Assembly: GCF_037042905.1 (NCBI RefSeq)
Contig: NC_087245.1
Location: 24,430,001-24,494,000, forward strand
Reading direction: 5' to 3'
DNA from: Lytechinus pictus
Lineage: Eukaryota
DNA length: 64,000 nucleotides
Shown: one piece after another, positions 12,982 to 24,758 of the stretch
Layout: each line of letters starts with the position of its first letter
Position numbering within the stretch: position 1 is the stretch's first letter
Notes under the pieces: generated by a model
What the model saw: only the letters and a program-made list of their open reading frames with translations
Database searches by the model: none
What the model was told of the DNA's origin: nothing
Program-made: the position numbers and the translations under genes

Positions 12982-15691
12982 GGGCATTTTCACGGTAACT
13001 GACATTACACGGCACAATGTTTTCACACCTTTCATTGTGTGTATCTCTAAAACAACAAATGATGGGAGTTTGCTTTTGATAGAGTTAATAAAGTGAACCT
13101 TGCTGTATACTCTGATACTAAGTTTTCCTATGTAACCACATTTTTTTACGCATCAGCAAGCAAAAATGTGTCGGTAACTGACATTACGCAAAAGGACATG
13201 CAATTTCAGGGTGTTCATTAAAATTGAAATATTTCATGTCCCTGAGTAGATAGAGTAATAATTTGAATATGTAAATATACCTCAGTTACTAGGTTAAGAT
13301 GTGTCAAAATATTAAACAATTAGTTTTTGTCTTTTGGGGGCTATGATAATTTTTCCACAACCATGCTGGTAACTGACATTACGGTAACTGACATTACACT
13401 TAATTTGCCATAGAGATAACACATGGAAGTCAAATGTGTGGAATCATTGCATTGTATCTTCTGTGCAGGGCTTCACATGAAAGTGAGCTTGATGTGGAAG
13501 TATACCCAAGTTTCTAGGAACATTTCAATGAAAAAACTATTTCTTTTTCTTAATTCCTTTCTTTGATTTGAACATTTTTATCATTACTTGTCAGTAACTG
13601 ACAATACACATTAATATTTACCAGTGCTACATGATTTTCAAAGGCATAATTTTCTTGGTACTTATATGGAAGGCTATTTAAAATCATAAAAGTTTCATAA
13701 TACTTCACATTTTTAATTATCAAAAGATAAGAAATGTATGTTTTACTTACTCGGGGGGGGGGGGGGGGTGGGGGGGGGGTCGGGTCGGGTCATAGCAGCT
13801 ACAAGTTTTCCTATAGTTATTTAATATTGCATTGACTGTACACATGGATTTTTCTGACTATACACCCATAATATATTCATCAGTTTTATATTGACTTTTT
13901 AAACCTTTTCCTTCTCCAACCTCCCCCTCCCCTCAAAAAAGGCAAAATGAATAAGGGTCTCCTCCCCTAGGCTACACGTACCCCTCCCCCCTAATCTCAT
14001 GCAGCCATGTAGTTTTATTGATTTCTATTCTGGTCAGTGCAGGCAATGCTTGTTCATATCTGTCGGATTTCAATTCTCTTCATAATTTGTTTAATCATTT
14101 TCTTTGCTAATTTCTTTTTTAAGCTGTCAACAAAAAATAAACTCCAGCTTCTAAACTGAAACTGAACTATTTGTAAATTAGAAAAAAAAAACAGTTTTAG
14201 TAGATCCATGCAACATTGATCAGAACTGTCAAATTTCACCTTTCATCTATATTTGTAAACCAAAAACAAAAATTGTATCACACATCCACACTACTAACAG
14301 GTATAAAAACCAGGAATTTACTTTTAGCGAGGCAATGCTCAAAAGAATCCTAGAAAGTAAAAAAAAGGACCCTGGAAATCCCTTTCATCACAATGTTAAA
14401 GGTAAATTCCAGTTCTGGTAACGATCTCAAAATGACTTTTTACAGAATCTAATATAATGACCACCCAAGTGTCTGTTTGTATATATAAAAAATATGTGCC
14501 AAAGGATTCTGGAAGAAATTGTGTAATTGCTGAGAAATAAGCAAAATAAGCGCGGATTCGGTCACTTCCGTCGGGTCTTTATTCCAGCAATAATAATACA
14601 CTGTCCCACGTCTGCCTATCTGTGTTGGTGATCTTCAGTGTGATTGTATTTCAGCTTAGATTTTATGATTTCACAAAGTTCAGTTTATGTAACTGTACCA
14701 GATCTAGATCCACGATGATAAAGTCATACTTAACCTTGGTTTTACAGACTTTCTCACGAAATTAGTGTTTTACTGCAACTACTTTCATTTAGCTTTAAGC
14801 TTAAAAAATGTTGCAGATTTAGGCAATAATTTGGGAAAAGTACCCCCCGCTACCCCCCCCCCCCCCCCCCGAAAACCAAACAAAAAATTGTCTGATACAA
14901 ACAATTAGGTACTTGGTAAGTGCATGTACAAAACAATTTCATCATAATTTTTTTTTGCACGATGGGAATGCAACTTCCTTCATAATTTCATATAGTATTC
15001 CTTGTGAACTATATCTTTTAAAAGTCAATAGCAAGCTCCTTCTGGTGTGACTTATAAAGTGAAAGACTTGAATAACAAGTATAAAATATTTCTTCACCAT
15101 AAAATTGACCACATATTTGCATTTCAATATTGGTAACCAACGTTTTATCATGGTAACTGACATTACATATATTTAATGGTACCCTATGACTTCATTGTTA
15201 ATTGGTAATCTTTAATTTTTGGTGTAGAAGGGAGGGGTGTTACCTAGAGAGGAAATCTACCAAGTTTCATATAATATATCCTCTTTTCCAGGAAATGAGA
15301 AAAAAAAGTTCATGTTTTCGGTAACTGACATTACATACCATATCACATACTTCATCAATGTTTTTTTATCAGATGAATGAATTACTGGTGTTTCTTTCTG
15401 TTGGATTTTAAAAAGTGTTATAATAGCAAGCTAAATCACAGGCGAAAACATCATGATCAAACCTGTTCTTTAAAAATCTGTCAAAACAAAATATGTATCA
15501 ATATACTATTTTCAACACTAATTTGTATCCATACTTTGGCAGCCATTTTGAAATAAAAAATGACTGCCAGAGTCTGAAAAAAATTTTGTCTCAGAAACTT
15601 CAGGTCTTGTTTTATTAAAAAACATAAAGCATTTGACATGAATATCAACTTGATTTTTTTGCCTCTGTGTCCATCTGTGGTGAAAATGCCC
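12982..15691. mobile_element. Non-autonomous Sola2-like transposon
   Basis: TIR GGGCATTTTCAC (12982-12993) / GTGAAAATGCCC (15680-15691); ATAT TSD on both sides; seven internal copies of GTAACTGACATTAC (one with a mismatch); no long ORF. Confidence 0.8.
14400..14794. mobile_element. TTAA MITE nested in the non-autonomous Sola2-like element
   Basis: TTAA|AGGTAAATTCCAG ... CATTTAGCT|TTAA; reverse-complement copy at 26987-27385. Confidence 0.85.
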
Positions 15692-16038
15692 ATATGCATA
15701 ATAGAAATAATGCAGAAAGTGATTTACATGTACATTCTATAATACTGTTAACACATATATGCCAGTGAAAGAAAATTTGTAAAATATTCCCCATTTGCTT
15801 TGAAATAAAATAACTTGAATTCAGCCATACTTTGTTATAAATCATAAAATTCAAAATGTTTGGTTGCAGAGATTATATCCATTTTAATAATAATAATTAC
15901 TTCTTATCAAACTCTTTTTTTTGTATAGGTCACAATTAAAAGTCCCATGAAATACAGCAAAGATGCTGATTTATTTGTTAGCTTAGTGGTTACTAATTAC
16001 GATTCCATCAAAATTTTACCCGAAAATCATCCCACATC

Positions 16039-16605
16039 AGGTTCAAAGGCAATTTTATATTGAAAATTGAGCCAAATTCGCCCCGCCCACAAAAATTCAG
16101 CCCGATTTGGTTTCGTATATCACGTGACCATTATGACGTCAGGGAAGGAAGCTGCTGAGTGTTGTTGACGTTTGGAGCGTGAAGTGTTGTGGTTGCATGT
16201 GTGGATTCAAAGTAAATAAATAAGGTTGTGTGCTCTTTGTGATTTGTATCTTTGTGATCGATGACGATGCTGCAGCCATGATCAAAACTTCGTAAAAATC
16301 TAAAAAAATATGTTAAGGATGAGCTCGGTCGAAACAGCAACTACACAAAAAACATGTACAATAACTAGGGGTCCGGCTGCACAGCTGAGAAAGCCTTCCT
16401 TCAATGACGTCACAATGATTGACAGGTCGATCGGCCGACTTTTTCGAAAATTTTAGTGGGCGTTCCCGTTGAAGTTCATTTCCATGGAATAACTCAACAC
16501 CGGTTCGTCGTACTCAGAAACCGATGGCAAATTCATATTTTTCAAGTAAAACTACCTAATAATAGATATGTATCTAGAATAAGATGGCCTTTGTGTCTTA
16601 GAACC
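16039..16605. mobile_element. Probable MITE
   Basis: imperfect TIR AGGTTCAAAGGCA / TGTCTTAGAACCT|TTAA; CpG-rich with ATGACGTCA sites; left TSD not evident. Confidence 0.4.
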
Positions 16606-16943
16606 TTTAAAGCGCTATCCAAAGCCTTAAAAGAAGATTGACCCAGATAATCCATTCTCATTAAGAGGCCTTTGAAATAGCTTATATTATATGAACAAAG
16701 AAAATGTTAGCCAAAACTGCACAAATAAAAAGTGTTGTTTGGCTTCATGCTGATTGGAAATACAAGGATTTAATAGTCTTCTGGATATTTCAGAAGTTTG
16801 GAAATACTTATGGATTTTTCTTTTTTGGTGACATTATTATTATGTGTTGAAGGCATGTAGTCACTAGAGGGTGCTATTGCAGAAGTGCACAAAATGTCTA
16901 CTGAGCATTTCGTTCACATACCCATGCATTATACTGCAATATT

Positions 16944-19900
16944 GGGTCAAAACCACTATCTCGGCGCAATTGCGTCAAATTCGTGTCCCGCATGTTATGG
17001 GTCCAATTAAAAATAAAATCGATATAGAATGGTCGAGTTAAGCTATTCTATTTATTATATGAGATCCATTCTTTAAAAAGAAAGTCATATTATTGACCTT
17101 CTTTTGGTATATAATGAGAAATTAGCAAACCCATCCGTTGTAATAGTGAAAAACAGCGTGTCGCCGGTCATATATTTTCTAAATTTCTGTATCTTGCCAA
17201 AATAAAGTAAAAAGCAACTGCCCTAAAACTAAATTAATATGCATATAAGTGATCCCTCCACAAAATACAATCAAAAGTTTTTGATAAAAATGTTTTGTTT
17301 TCACATGCGGATAAAACCAAATGTGTCGCCAAATATAGTGAAACTTACGTTACCGTATTTTAGATCAATAATTAATTACTTTTTGTCATCGTAAATATGT
17401 TTATTTTTATTTATTTGACACCTCGGGTATATGATAAGAAATGATACTTATGTACTCCCATTCCTAAGTAAGAATAATCTTATCAAAACCAAACTAAATG
17501 CAATTTATAGAAACGTAGCGTTAAGAGATGAAACTTACGTTACCGTTTTGGGGTAATGTGTATAGACCTTAGATGCTGATATGTATATCAGCAGTTAGCA
17601 TTGATAAAAGGAAAGTCAGAGGGCCAACGAAATCATACTTGCAAAGAGCAATTTTGGATCAGCAACTATTTATTTACCCCATCATGTAATTTACGTTATG
17701 AAACTTACGTTACTGTATATGCAGACCTCGGCCTTTTTGGCGTTAAAAGAATTTTTCTCGATATATAACAAAGATGAGCCATCTACGATCATTCTCAGAA
17801 AGCCTAGCAACAACTTTTTCAAGTCTATGGTGGATCTCGTCCCATTTTTCTAATCCCTTGCATCAGAGGCTGACTAGTAAGTATTCAATTTCATCAAATT
17901 TTTTAAAGGTTCTACTCCCCTAAATATTTGAGTGTATTTTAGGTGCAACCATTAGTCAAGGGCTTCTTAAGAAGTGCTAGAAAATCAAACAAAAGTTTAA
18001 GAATGTGAAATTACTCTTCAATCAATTTTTTATACCTTGATAGCTAGTAATAATAATGTAACGTACGTTTCAACTCTAGTAACGTATGTTTCAAAATAGA
18101 AGTTGTCCCATACATAGATGATATAAGGGGATTTAATCTTGCTAATCGTAACTTTATGTTTATAATAAGCTAGTACTACATTCAATTTCATTACCAGTGG
18201 AATTTCGGGAACAAAAAAAAAGAAAAAAGTACAATTACTATCACTTCAAGCATTGTTTATGTTCCGTTCAACTTTTATTTTCATGAAATATTTAAAGATA
18301 AAACTAGCCCTTTAAAAGATTCGGTATTTTGTTACACTGTCTATACCTTTCTTACATTAATACTTGCCAATATTAATAAGATCTCTCTCAATTGGTTGAA
18401 TTAAGGTACATAACAAAGTTCATATGCTAATATTTTATCCACCTCATTATAGTAACGTAGGTTTCAAATTATAATAACGTAGGTTTCAGGATTTGGTACC
18501 GAGTTTTGAATACTAGTTAAGATTTTTCCCAATCCCATGATCAAATTTTATTTTTCGCAATATAAAGGAGGGGCGTATATCGGTTTATCGAATGTATTAT
18601 TGTTGATTTCCTTCCCTCAAATTTCTTGTATATATATCAATTTTATATAATTGCCTTCTTAAAAAAATAAATATATATATATACCTTAATATTTTTGTAA
18701 TGAAAGAGAAAAAACTATAAATAGCAGTATAAGGCATATTTGTGTAAAGAAGTTGTTGATATCAATTGATAAACGCGACACCTTTTAATAAGATTTGGAA
18801 TATAATAATGGCATTTCCCCTGCCCAAAATGGTAACGTATGTTTCAAGATTTCATAATTGAAAACATAACATACAATATAACCTTTCTCTTTTTATTTTC
18901 CCTAAAGGAATGGCTAGGAGCAGGGCTGAAATTCAGGCTGCTTACAGGCAAAGGAAGCGGCAAAAGATGGGGGAAAATGCTTACTTACAAGCGGAGAGGC
19001 AGAGGGTGAAAAAATACTACAAACCGGTGGATACGCTCACAAAGAAGAGGGTCCAAGAGAGAAGAACGCAAGTAAATAGAAGAGTACGAAAGCATAGAGA
19101 TCGAGTTCGTCGGGTAAGACAGGAAATGGAACAAAGAAGAAACATGAACATAGATGACGTCGGATACACTGCGGATGACGATTCTGCTATCTCGGACATA
19201 TCCCCTGACATATCTAACCAGTTAGGCCTTACTATCAAAATGCCATTCCAAAAGCCAAGAAGAAAACGAGTGAGTAGGTGTTTGAGCAAGGCTCATAGAA
19301 ACATTGAACAGCTCACACTGAAACTACAGGCGGCAAAGAAAGACAAGACAAGACTAAAGAAAAGGTGTGAGAGGCTGCAGAATAAAGTCATGACTTCAAT
19401 GCCAACAAGAAAAGAAGTTAAGAATACACCGCGATCCCGTACAAACTCTCAGCTAGAAGATGAAGGAATAGATCCAAGCCGTGTTCCTTCAATCAGAAAA
19501 CGATTGTTATTCTCCAATGCAATGATGGAAGAGATTCAAGGTTCTTCTAACACAAGCAGAAAGATGTCTGATCGCCGGATTCTTCACCAGCTGGTAGCTG
19601 GATCAAAGGTTCTGAAGAAATACCGCCTATTAAAGTTGCTCCGGACGGAAACTGGATTGGGGAAACGTAACCTTTCGAAGGCAAACAAACATACCAAATC
19701 AACTCAACAATCACGACCAACCTGGACTTCTCTCCATCTGGAAGTAGTAGAATTTCTGCACAGAGATGATGTATCACGTATGTGTCCGGGAAAAAAGGAT
19801 TCAAGCAAGGGCAAAGACGGAACCAAGTGTCAGAAGAGGTATTTGACTGATTATCTGTCTAATCTTCATGAAAGGTATCTGGCAGAGACCGATGGGAAAA

Positions 19901-22900
19901 GAAAGATATCATTGTCAGCATTCAACCGCGTGCGACGAACCCTATGTCCTCACATTAAGCCTGTCCAGTTCGCCTCGAGAGATCTTTGCCTTTGTCAAAA
20001 GCATCAGAATGTTGCATTGAAGCTCAAAGCACTACAATCACTAGGGGGAACTGTAAATGACAACCCAGATGAGTTCATTAAAGAACATAATGAAGCTCAG
20101 GTAGATATTCTCCTCAACAACTTGCAGTCAGAGCAGATCCAATTTGATGAGTGGTCAAGGGTTGAGGTAGATGGGAGAAAGAAAATCAAAATCATCCGCA
20201 TATCTCAAAGTAAACCTGACTTTATCAAGCGCTTTCAGAAGGAGATCCAAGAATTCAGGCAACATGTTGTCAGAATCAAAAACCAATTCAGAGCTTTGCT
20301 AGATTGCAAGAATTCTTTGAAGCCAGATGAGTGCATTATCCAGATGGATTTTGCCGAAAATTATGTCTGTGTTCCACTTGAAGAGGTCCAAAGCGCCTAC
20401 TGGTGTCAGGATGGGGTGACACTTCACCCAATTGTCGTGTACTTCCGCAACGACGGGAATGAACTAGTTCATCAAAGTTTTGCAGCTGTGTCTGATGACA
20501 GAAATCACAACACTTCCACAATACTGGCAATACTCACCAAGCTCATGCCAAAGCTCAAAGAGCTGATACCCCATCTCCATAAGGTTCACTACTGGACCGA
20601 CAGTCCTACATCGCAATATAGGAACAAAACAATGTTTTCGTTGGTGAGTGAGCATGCTGATATCTTCGACGGCATACATGCTCAATGGAACTATTTCGAG
20701 AGTGGCCACGGGAAGGGTCCGTGCGATGGGATCGGGGGTACCATCAAACGTCTTGCAGACACTGCAGTGAAGAGACGGGCAGCAGTTATCCAAGATGCCT
20801 ACGACTTTTTCGCCTGGGCCTCACAAGAACGCCACGAATGCTCAGGTTCAAAGATCAACTTCTTCTTTGTAGCCAAGGGAGATTGTGCTGCAGGAAGTCT
20901 TCTCATTGCGGAGAGGTGGTCCAGTGTGAAAACCTTTCCTGGGACAATGCAGATGCACGCAGTGATTGGCCATGACAATGGAGTTCTTCTCAGAAAGTTG
21001 TCCTGCTACTGTCAAAGCTGCTATGGCAGTCGGGAAGAAGGCCAAGTTGAAACGATGTGCGAAGGGTGGAAACACAATCGTCTCCTTTATCGATCGACTA
21101 CCATGTCAACAACAGGTGCTTCTGTTACACCACAGAGTCCAAGCAACACAAGCATGTCTGAAAATGATGAGTCCTCACCAACAACCAACGAAGCGTCCTC
21201 GGGTACATATGGTGTTGACGACTGGGTTGCTGCAGTTTATGATAAGCAGTGGTACATTGGCAAAGTCCTCAAATTTGACTCTTCTGATATTCATATTGAC
21301 TTCATGGCAAAATGTTCTGGTACCCATACAGGGGGGAAATACAAATGGCCTGTAAAAAAAGATGCAATATGGGTGGCATGGGACAAAGTGTTGTGTCACA
21401 TTACACCATGCTTTTGTGATACTTCTCAAAGAATTGTCACTTTATCTCCAGAGCAGAAAGCTCTGATCGAAGAAGCCTTCAAGGCCGTTGTCTGACTTCA
21501 TAGATCTTTACTGGAATGATTCAAAAGGGGTTTTAATTTTTATGGGTTAATTGATTAATTGATTTCCATATAAATCATTGGCCATATGTTTATTGTAAGA
21601 GCTATAAGAAATTAATATCACACATGCAAAACTAGAGTTAGGCCTATGTGATTAAGTTGTAGGGATATCAGATTGATCTGCTTCCAGTCTTAGGGAATTA
21701 ATATTCAAGCATAAATAATTGATATGTGAGTTATCTTCAACTCCCTATTATGTTCCTCATCATATCATGGGGGGTTAATTTCTTCTTGTTTTTCATCTTG
21801 TGTCTACTTACTGCAATCTCCCTTTTCCTCATTTCATCTCTCTCTTTCAACATTAGGTTTTATGGTTCATCCACAATTTCAAATCTTAAATGTTAGCTGA
21901 GTTAAAATAATTGTTTTACATTGTCAGATATTGAAGTTAAAATACGTTACTCTTTTTAAAATAATTTTATTACAAATTTTCGCTATGTAAACGTAATCAA
22001 AATTTGCTAACAGAAAATGGGGAATTGATATAAAAGTCATCGGGAAAATAAAGGTAACCACGTTTTGATGATCAATCACATTTCCATATGTTTGACGTAC
22101 AGTTGATCTATAAGTGTTATAGTTTATTCACAATTTCAAATTGGTGTTATAGTTCTTTCACACTTTCAGTATTTCATACCTTGGTAAAGTTCAAAAAGAC
22201 AAATTGTTAAATTTTAAAGTTGCAATTTCTTGGCACATTGGTGTTATATTTCATCCAAGCTAGCAGATTTTTAATGTTAGTTGTGGTAGGACAATTGTTT
22301 AGCATTGTCAGATATTAAAGTAACATACGTTACTATTTTCAAAGTAACTTTATTTCTACTTTTCACTCTTTACATTTAATTAAAATTGCAAACAGAACGA
22401 GGGAGTTGATATAAATACCATTATCTGAAAACACAACTGACCCCGCGTTTTGATTATCACTCACACTTCCACACGTCTGGCACTTTACATTTGAATATAA
22501 AATGCCCATATTCTGAGCACCGTGTAATCTAAATTTCCCGTGGATTAAAACCATTTTGTGATAATAGTTGGGTCCATTTTGTTTCATGATATTATTTGAG
22601 AATGTAACCAATCAACTTTCAGTTATTTTCGTGCATACAATTCTAAACCTTCGTAGTTATTTTCAGATTTTTAGAACATGTAATTTACGTTACCTTTCAT
22701 GAAACCTACGTTACCATATTTAATGAGACAATTACATATTACATGCTGCCCGTTCGTTGAATTTGATGAACATCCTGTAAACTTAATCATTACATGACTT
22801 TATAAATGTTTAAATCTTACCTTTATCTTTCAGATTTATTGTTCGAAGTAAAAAGATACGATTCGTGATTTTGACAGTCAAATTTCTTTATAGAAATTAA

Positions 22901-23273
22901 TGTTTTCAAACTTCAATTCCCCTCAGTGGTTTTCGCAATCAAACTCAAGGGAAGTAATAGACCATTATCGTACAATTTTTGGCACCAAATTGATTATTTC
23001 AGAAGTGGCAAATTAGTTCTACTCAATAGAAATAGATTTCACCACGACTATTAAAGGTGTAATGCTCTGTAACGTAGGTTTCACACTGAATTATACATGT
23101 CATTACGAAAACGTGAAAATTTAGTCAATCAGCAAAATTCAAAAGCCAATAATCAACGGATATTAACTTGACAATACATGCATTCTTTTCATAATAAAAT
23201 GATATGTGTTGAACAAAGTTTATTTTTCTGATTTGTTGAGTTTCCAATTGCGCCGAGATAGTGGTTTTGACCC
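16944..23273 (+). mobile_element. Full-length, apparently autonomous DNA transposon, Sola2-like
   Basis: perfect 29-bp TIR GGGTCAAAACCACTATCTCGGCGCAATTG (16944-16972 / 23245-23273); 4-bp TSD TATT (16940-16943 / 23274-23277); GRG termini with a 4-bp TSD match Sola2; intact ORF inside. Confidence 0.9.
18910..21495 (+). CDS. 861-aa DDD transposase (Sola2-like)
   Basis: uninterrupted ORF; QMDFAENY (D480), WTDSPTSQYRNK (D564), WNYFESGHGKGPCDGIGG (D606); Cys/His clusters CPGKKD, CLCQKH, CYCQSC; basic/coiled-coil N-terminus; aromatic beta-barrel-like C-terminus. Family call is from recalled motifs, not a search. Confidence 0.85.
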   Translation: MARSRAEIQAAYRQRKRQKMGENAYLQAERQRVKKYYKPVDTLTKKRVQERRTQVNRRVRKHRDRVRRVRQEMEQRRNMNIDDVGYTADDDSAISDISPDISNQLGLTIKMPFQKPRRKRVSRCLSKAHRNIEQLTLKLQAAKKDKTRLKKRCERLQNKVMTSMPTRKEVKNTPRSRTNSQLEDEGIDPSRVPSIRKRLLFSNAMMEEIQGSSNTSRKMSDRRILHQLVAGSKVLKKYRLLKLLRTETGLGKRNLSKANKHTKSTQQSRPTWTSLHLEVVEFLHRDDVSRMCPGKKDSSKGKDGTKCQKRYLTDYLSNLHERYLAETDGKRKISLSAFNRVRRTLCPHIKPVQFASRDLCLCQKHQNVALKLKALQSLGGTVNDNPDEFIKEHNEAQVDILLNNLQSEQIQFDEWSRVEVDGRKKIKIIRISQSKPDFIKRFQKEIQEFRQHVVRIKNQFRALLDCKNSLKPDECIIQMDFAENYVCVPLEEVQSAYWCQDGVTLHPIVVYFRNDGNELVHQSFAAVSDDRNHNTSTILAILTKLMPKLKELIPHLHKVHYWTDSPTSQYRNKTMFSLVSEHADIFDGIHAQWNYFESGHGKGPCDGIGGTIKRLADTAVKRRAAVIQDAYDFFAWASQERHECSGSKINFFFVAKGDCAAGSLLIAERWSSVKTFPGTMQMHAVIGHDNGVLLRKLSCYCQSCYGSREEGQVETMCEGWKHNRLLYRSTTMSTTGASVTPQSPSNTSMSENDESSPTTNEASSGTYGVDDWVAAVYDKQWYIGKVLKFDSSDIHIDFMAKCSGTHTGGKYKWPVKKDAIWVAWDKVLCHITPCFCDTSQRIVTLSPEQKALIEEAFKAVV

Positions 23274-24075
23274 TATTGCTGTTATTTCTGTAGCAGTGTG
23301 GATGAATGTTATATTTCTCCCCTCTGTATCATGACAATGGCAGCATCAAATTCAGCCGAATTTATGGTGGTTTTTATTTTAAACATACTGTATGGGTCCC
23401 AACTTTAAAGGAATTCACTCTTAATATTAAAGCCCAATAGTGTCCGTGAAAAAAAAATTGTTTGCTGAATTCTTGGATAATTTGTTTTTGTTGTTGTTGT
23501 TGAAAAGAACCATAGTATCATTGAAACTTAAGTTGTTGATGTATCGATGTGGGATTTTTAAATACTGTGCAGAGCATTTCTGTGAGGGCCAAGTGAAGCC
23601 ATAGAAATAGGCTTGCACAATGAATTTCAAGATGCTTGCGTCAGTTGTAATTCAAGCCCGTAGCCAGGGAGTTTGGGGGGGGGTCCTATCGAACTCCCTA
23701 ACAATTACAAAAGCAAGGGAAAAAATGGAGAAAAGGGAGAAGGGAAAAGATGGAATCAAACCCCATAATTGATAACCCTGTCCGTGCTCCTGTAATTTAT
23801 GGATATTTTTTGGCTAACCACTGATAAATTCGTTGGAAAGCTTATTGACCAGCACAGCTCATGATCAAATGATGCCACAAAAAATGTATTGAATCTTTGT
23901 ATAACCTAGTACATTTATAAACACTATTAAATTCATTTCAGTTGATCTATTGTATGTTATATGGTTTCATCCTTGTATAACCTGTTGAATAAAAAAAAAA
24001 TCAGGCCGTCTCTCTTTTCATCCATGCTGCATTTTATAGCCTAGACAAGGAAATTAACAGGAGTCCCTAGTTTAA

Positions 24076-24758
24076 CCCTATCCAGCCCTGGGGTGGGGGC
24101 TTAAAATTTTTCACAATAAATCTGTAATGCGAAAAGATCGTGCCGCGGTGTTTCGTGACTTTTTTCTTCAAGTCTCATGCAACTTTTAAGACCAAATTCA
24201 CGATGCTGGGTTACACGGTTCCAAAAATACGTAACATTTTGTAAGTGCATGCCAGACCTAAAATTGCTCAAAAAGGTGATTTCATGTGCAAATCCAATGC
24301 AAATTCTGTATGTAGCCAAAATTAATAAATGTATCATTTTTATTTTAACTGATTAAAAGCAATAGCTTTCATGTTATTTGTGACTGAAATAGCATTGCCG
24401 ATGATTTCCATCAAAAAAACAATAAAATACTTAAAAACAAAAATGGATATTGCAATTTTTAAATACTCATTTGATGATAATCCTAAGAAGAGCGTTCTGA
24501 CCAGAATTTAGCAGTTTTGGTGGTTATATTGAAAGATTTACAGCAAAATTATGATGTTATGCATTAATTAGCATTATTAATTAAAAATGAATTTGAATAA
24601 TTTTGGTATAATTGACAATTGAATTGTGGAGATTATGTCATGGATGACATGCTTGCCAAATTTCATCGCGATCGCACAATCAACGGCCTAGATTAGGGGG
24701 GGGGGCCAAAACATCCCCCCCCCGGCTATGCGTTTTCAAAATAGCCCGGGCTATTTAG
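24076..24758. mobile_element. piggyBac-type MITE, decayed
   Basis: TTAA|CCCTATC start; 3' part similar to 1-226. Confidence 0.6.

Noticed and set aside
11975..18912. In-frame IRS-transposase fusion
   Set aside because: The upstream host exon ends in phase 2 and the junction hits TAG after three codons; a fusion would need phase 1
18910..21495. Fanzor/TnpB or host gene identity for the 861-aa ORF
   Set aside because: No RuvC motif pattern recognised; DDD motifs, TIRs and TSD indicate a cut-and-paste transposase
12995..23082. CRISPR-like reading of the interspersed 14-bp repeats
   Set aside because: Repeats are too short, spacers are 150-380 bp, orientation is mixed, no cas-like ORF is present, and all copies lie within TIR-bounded elements
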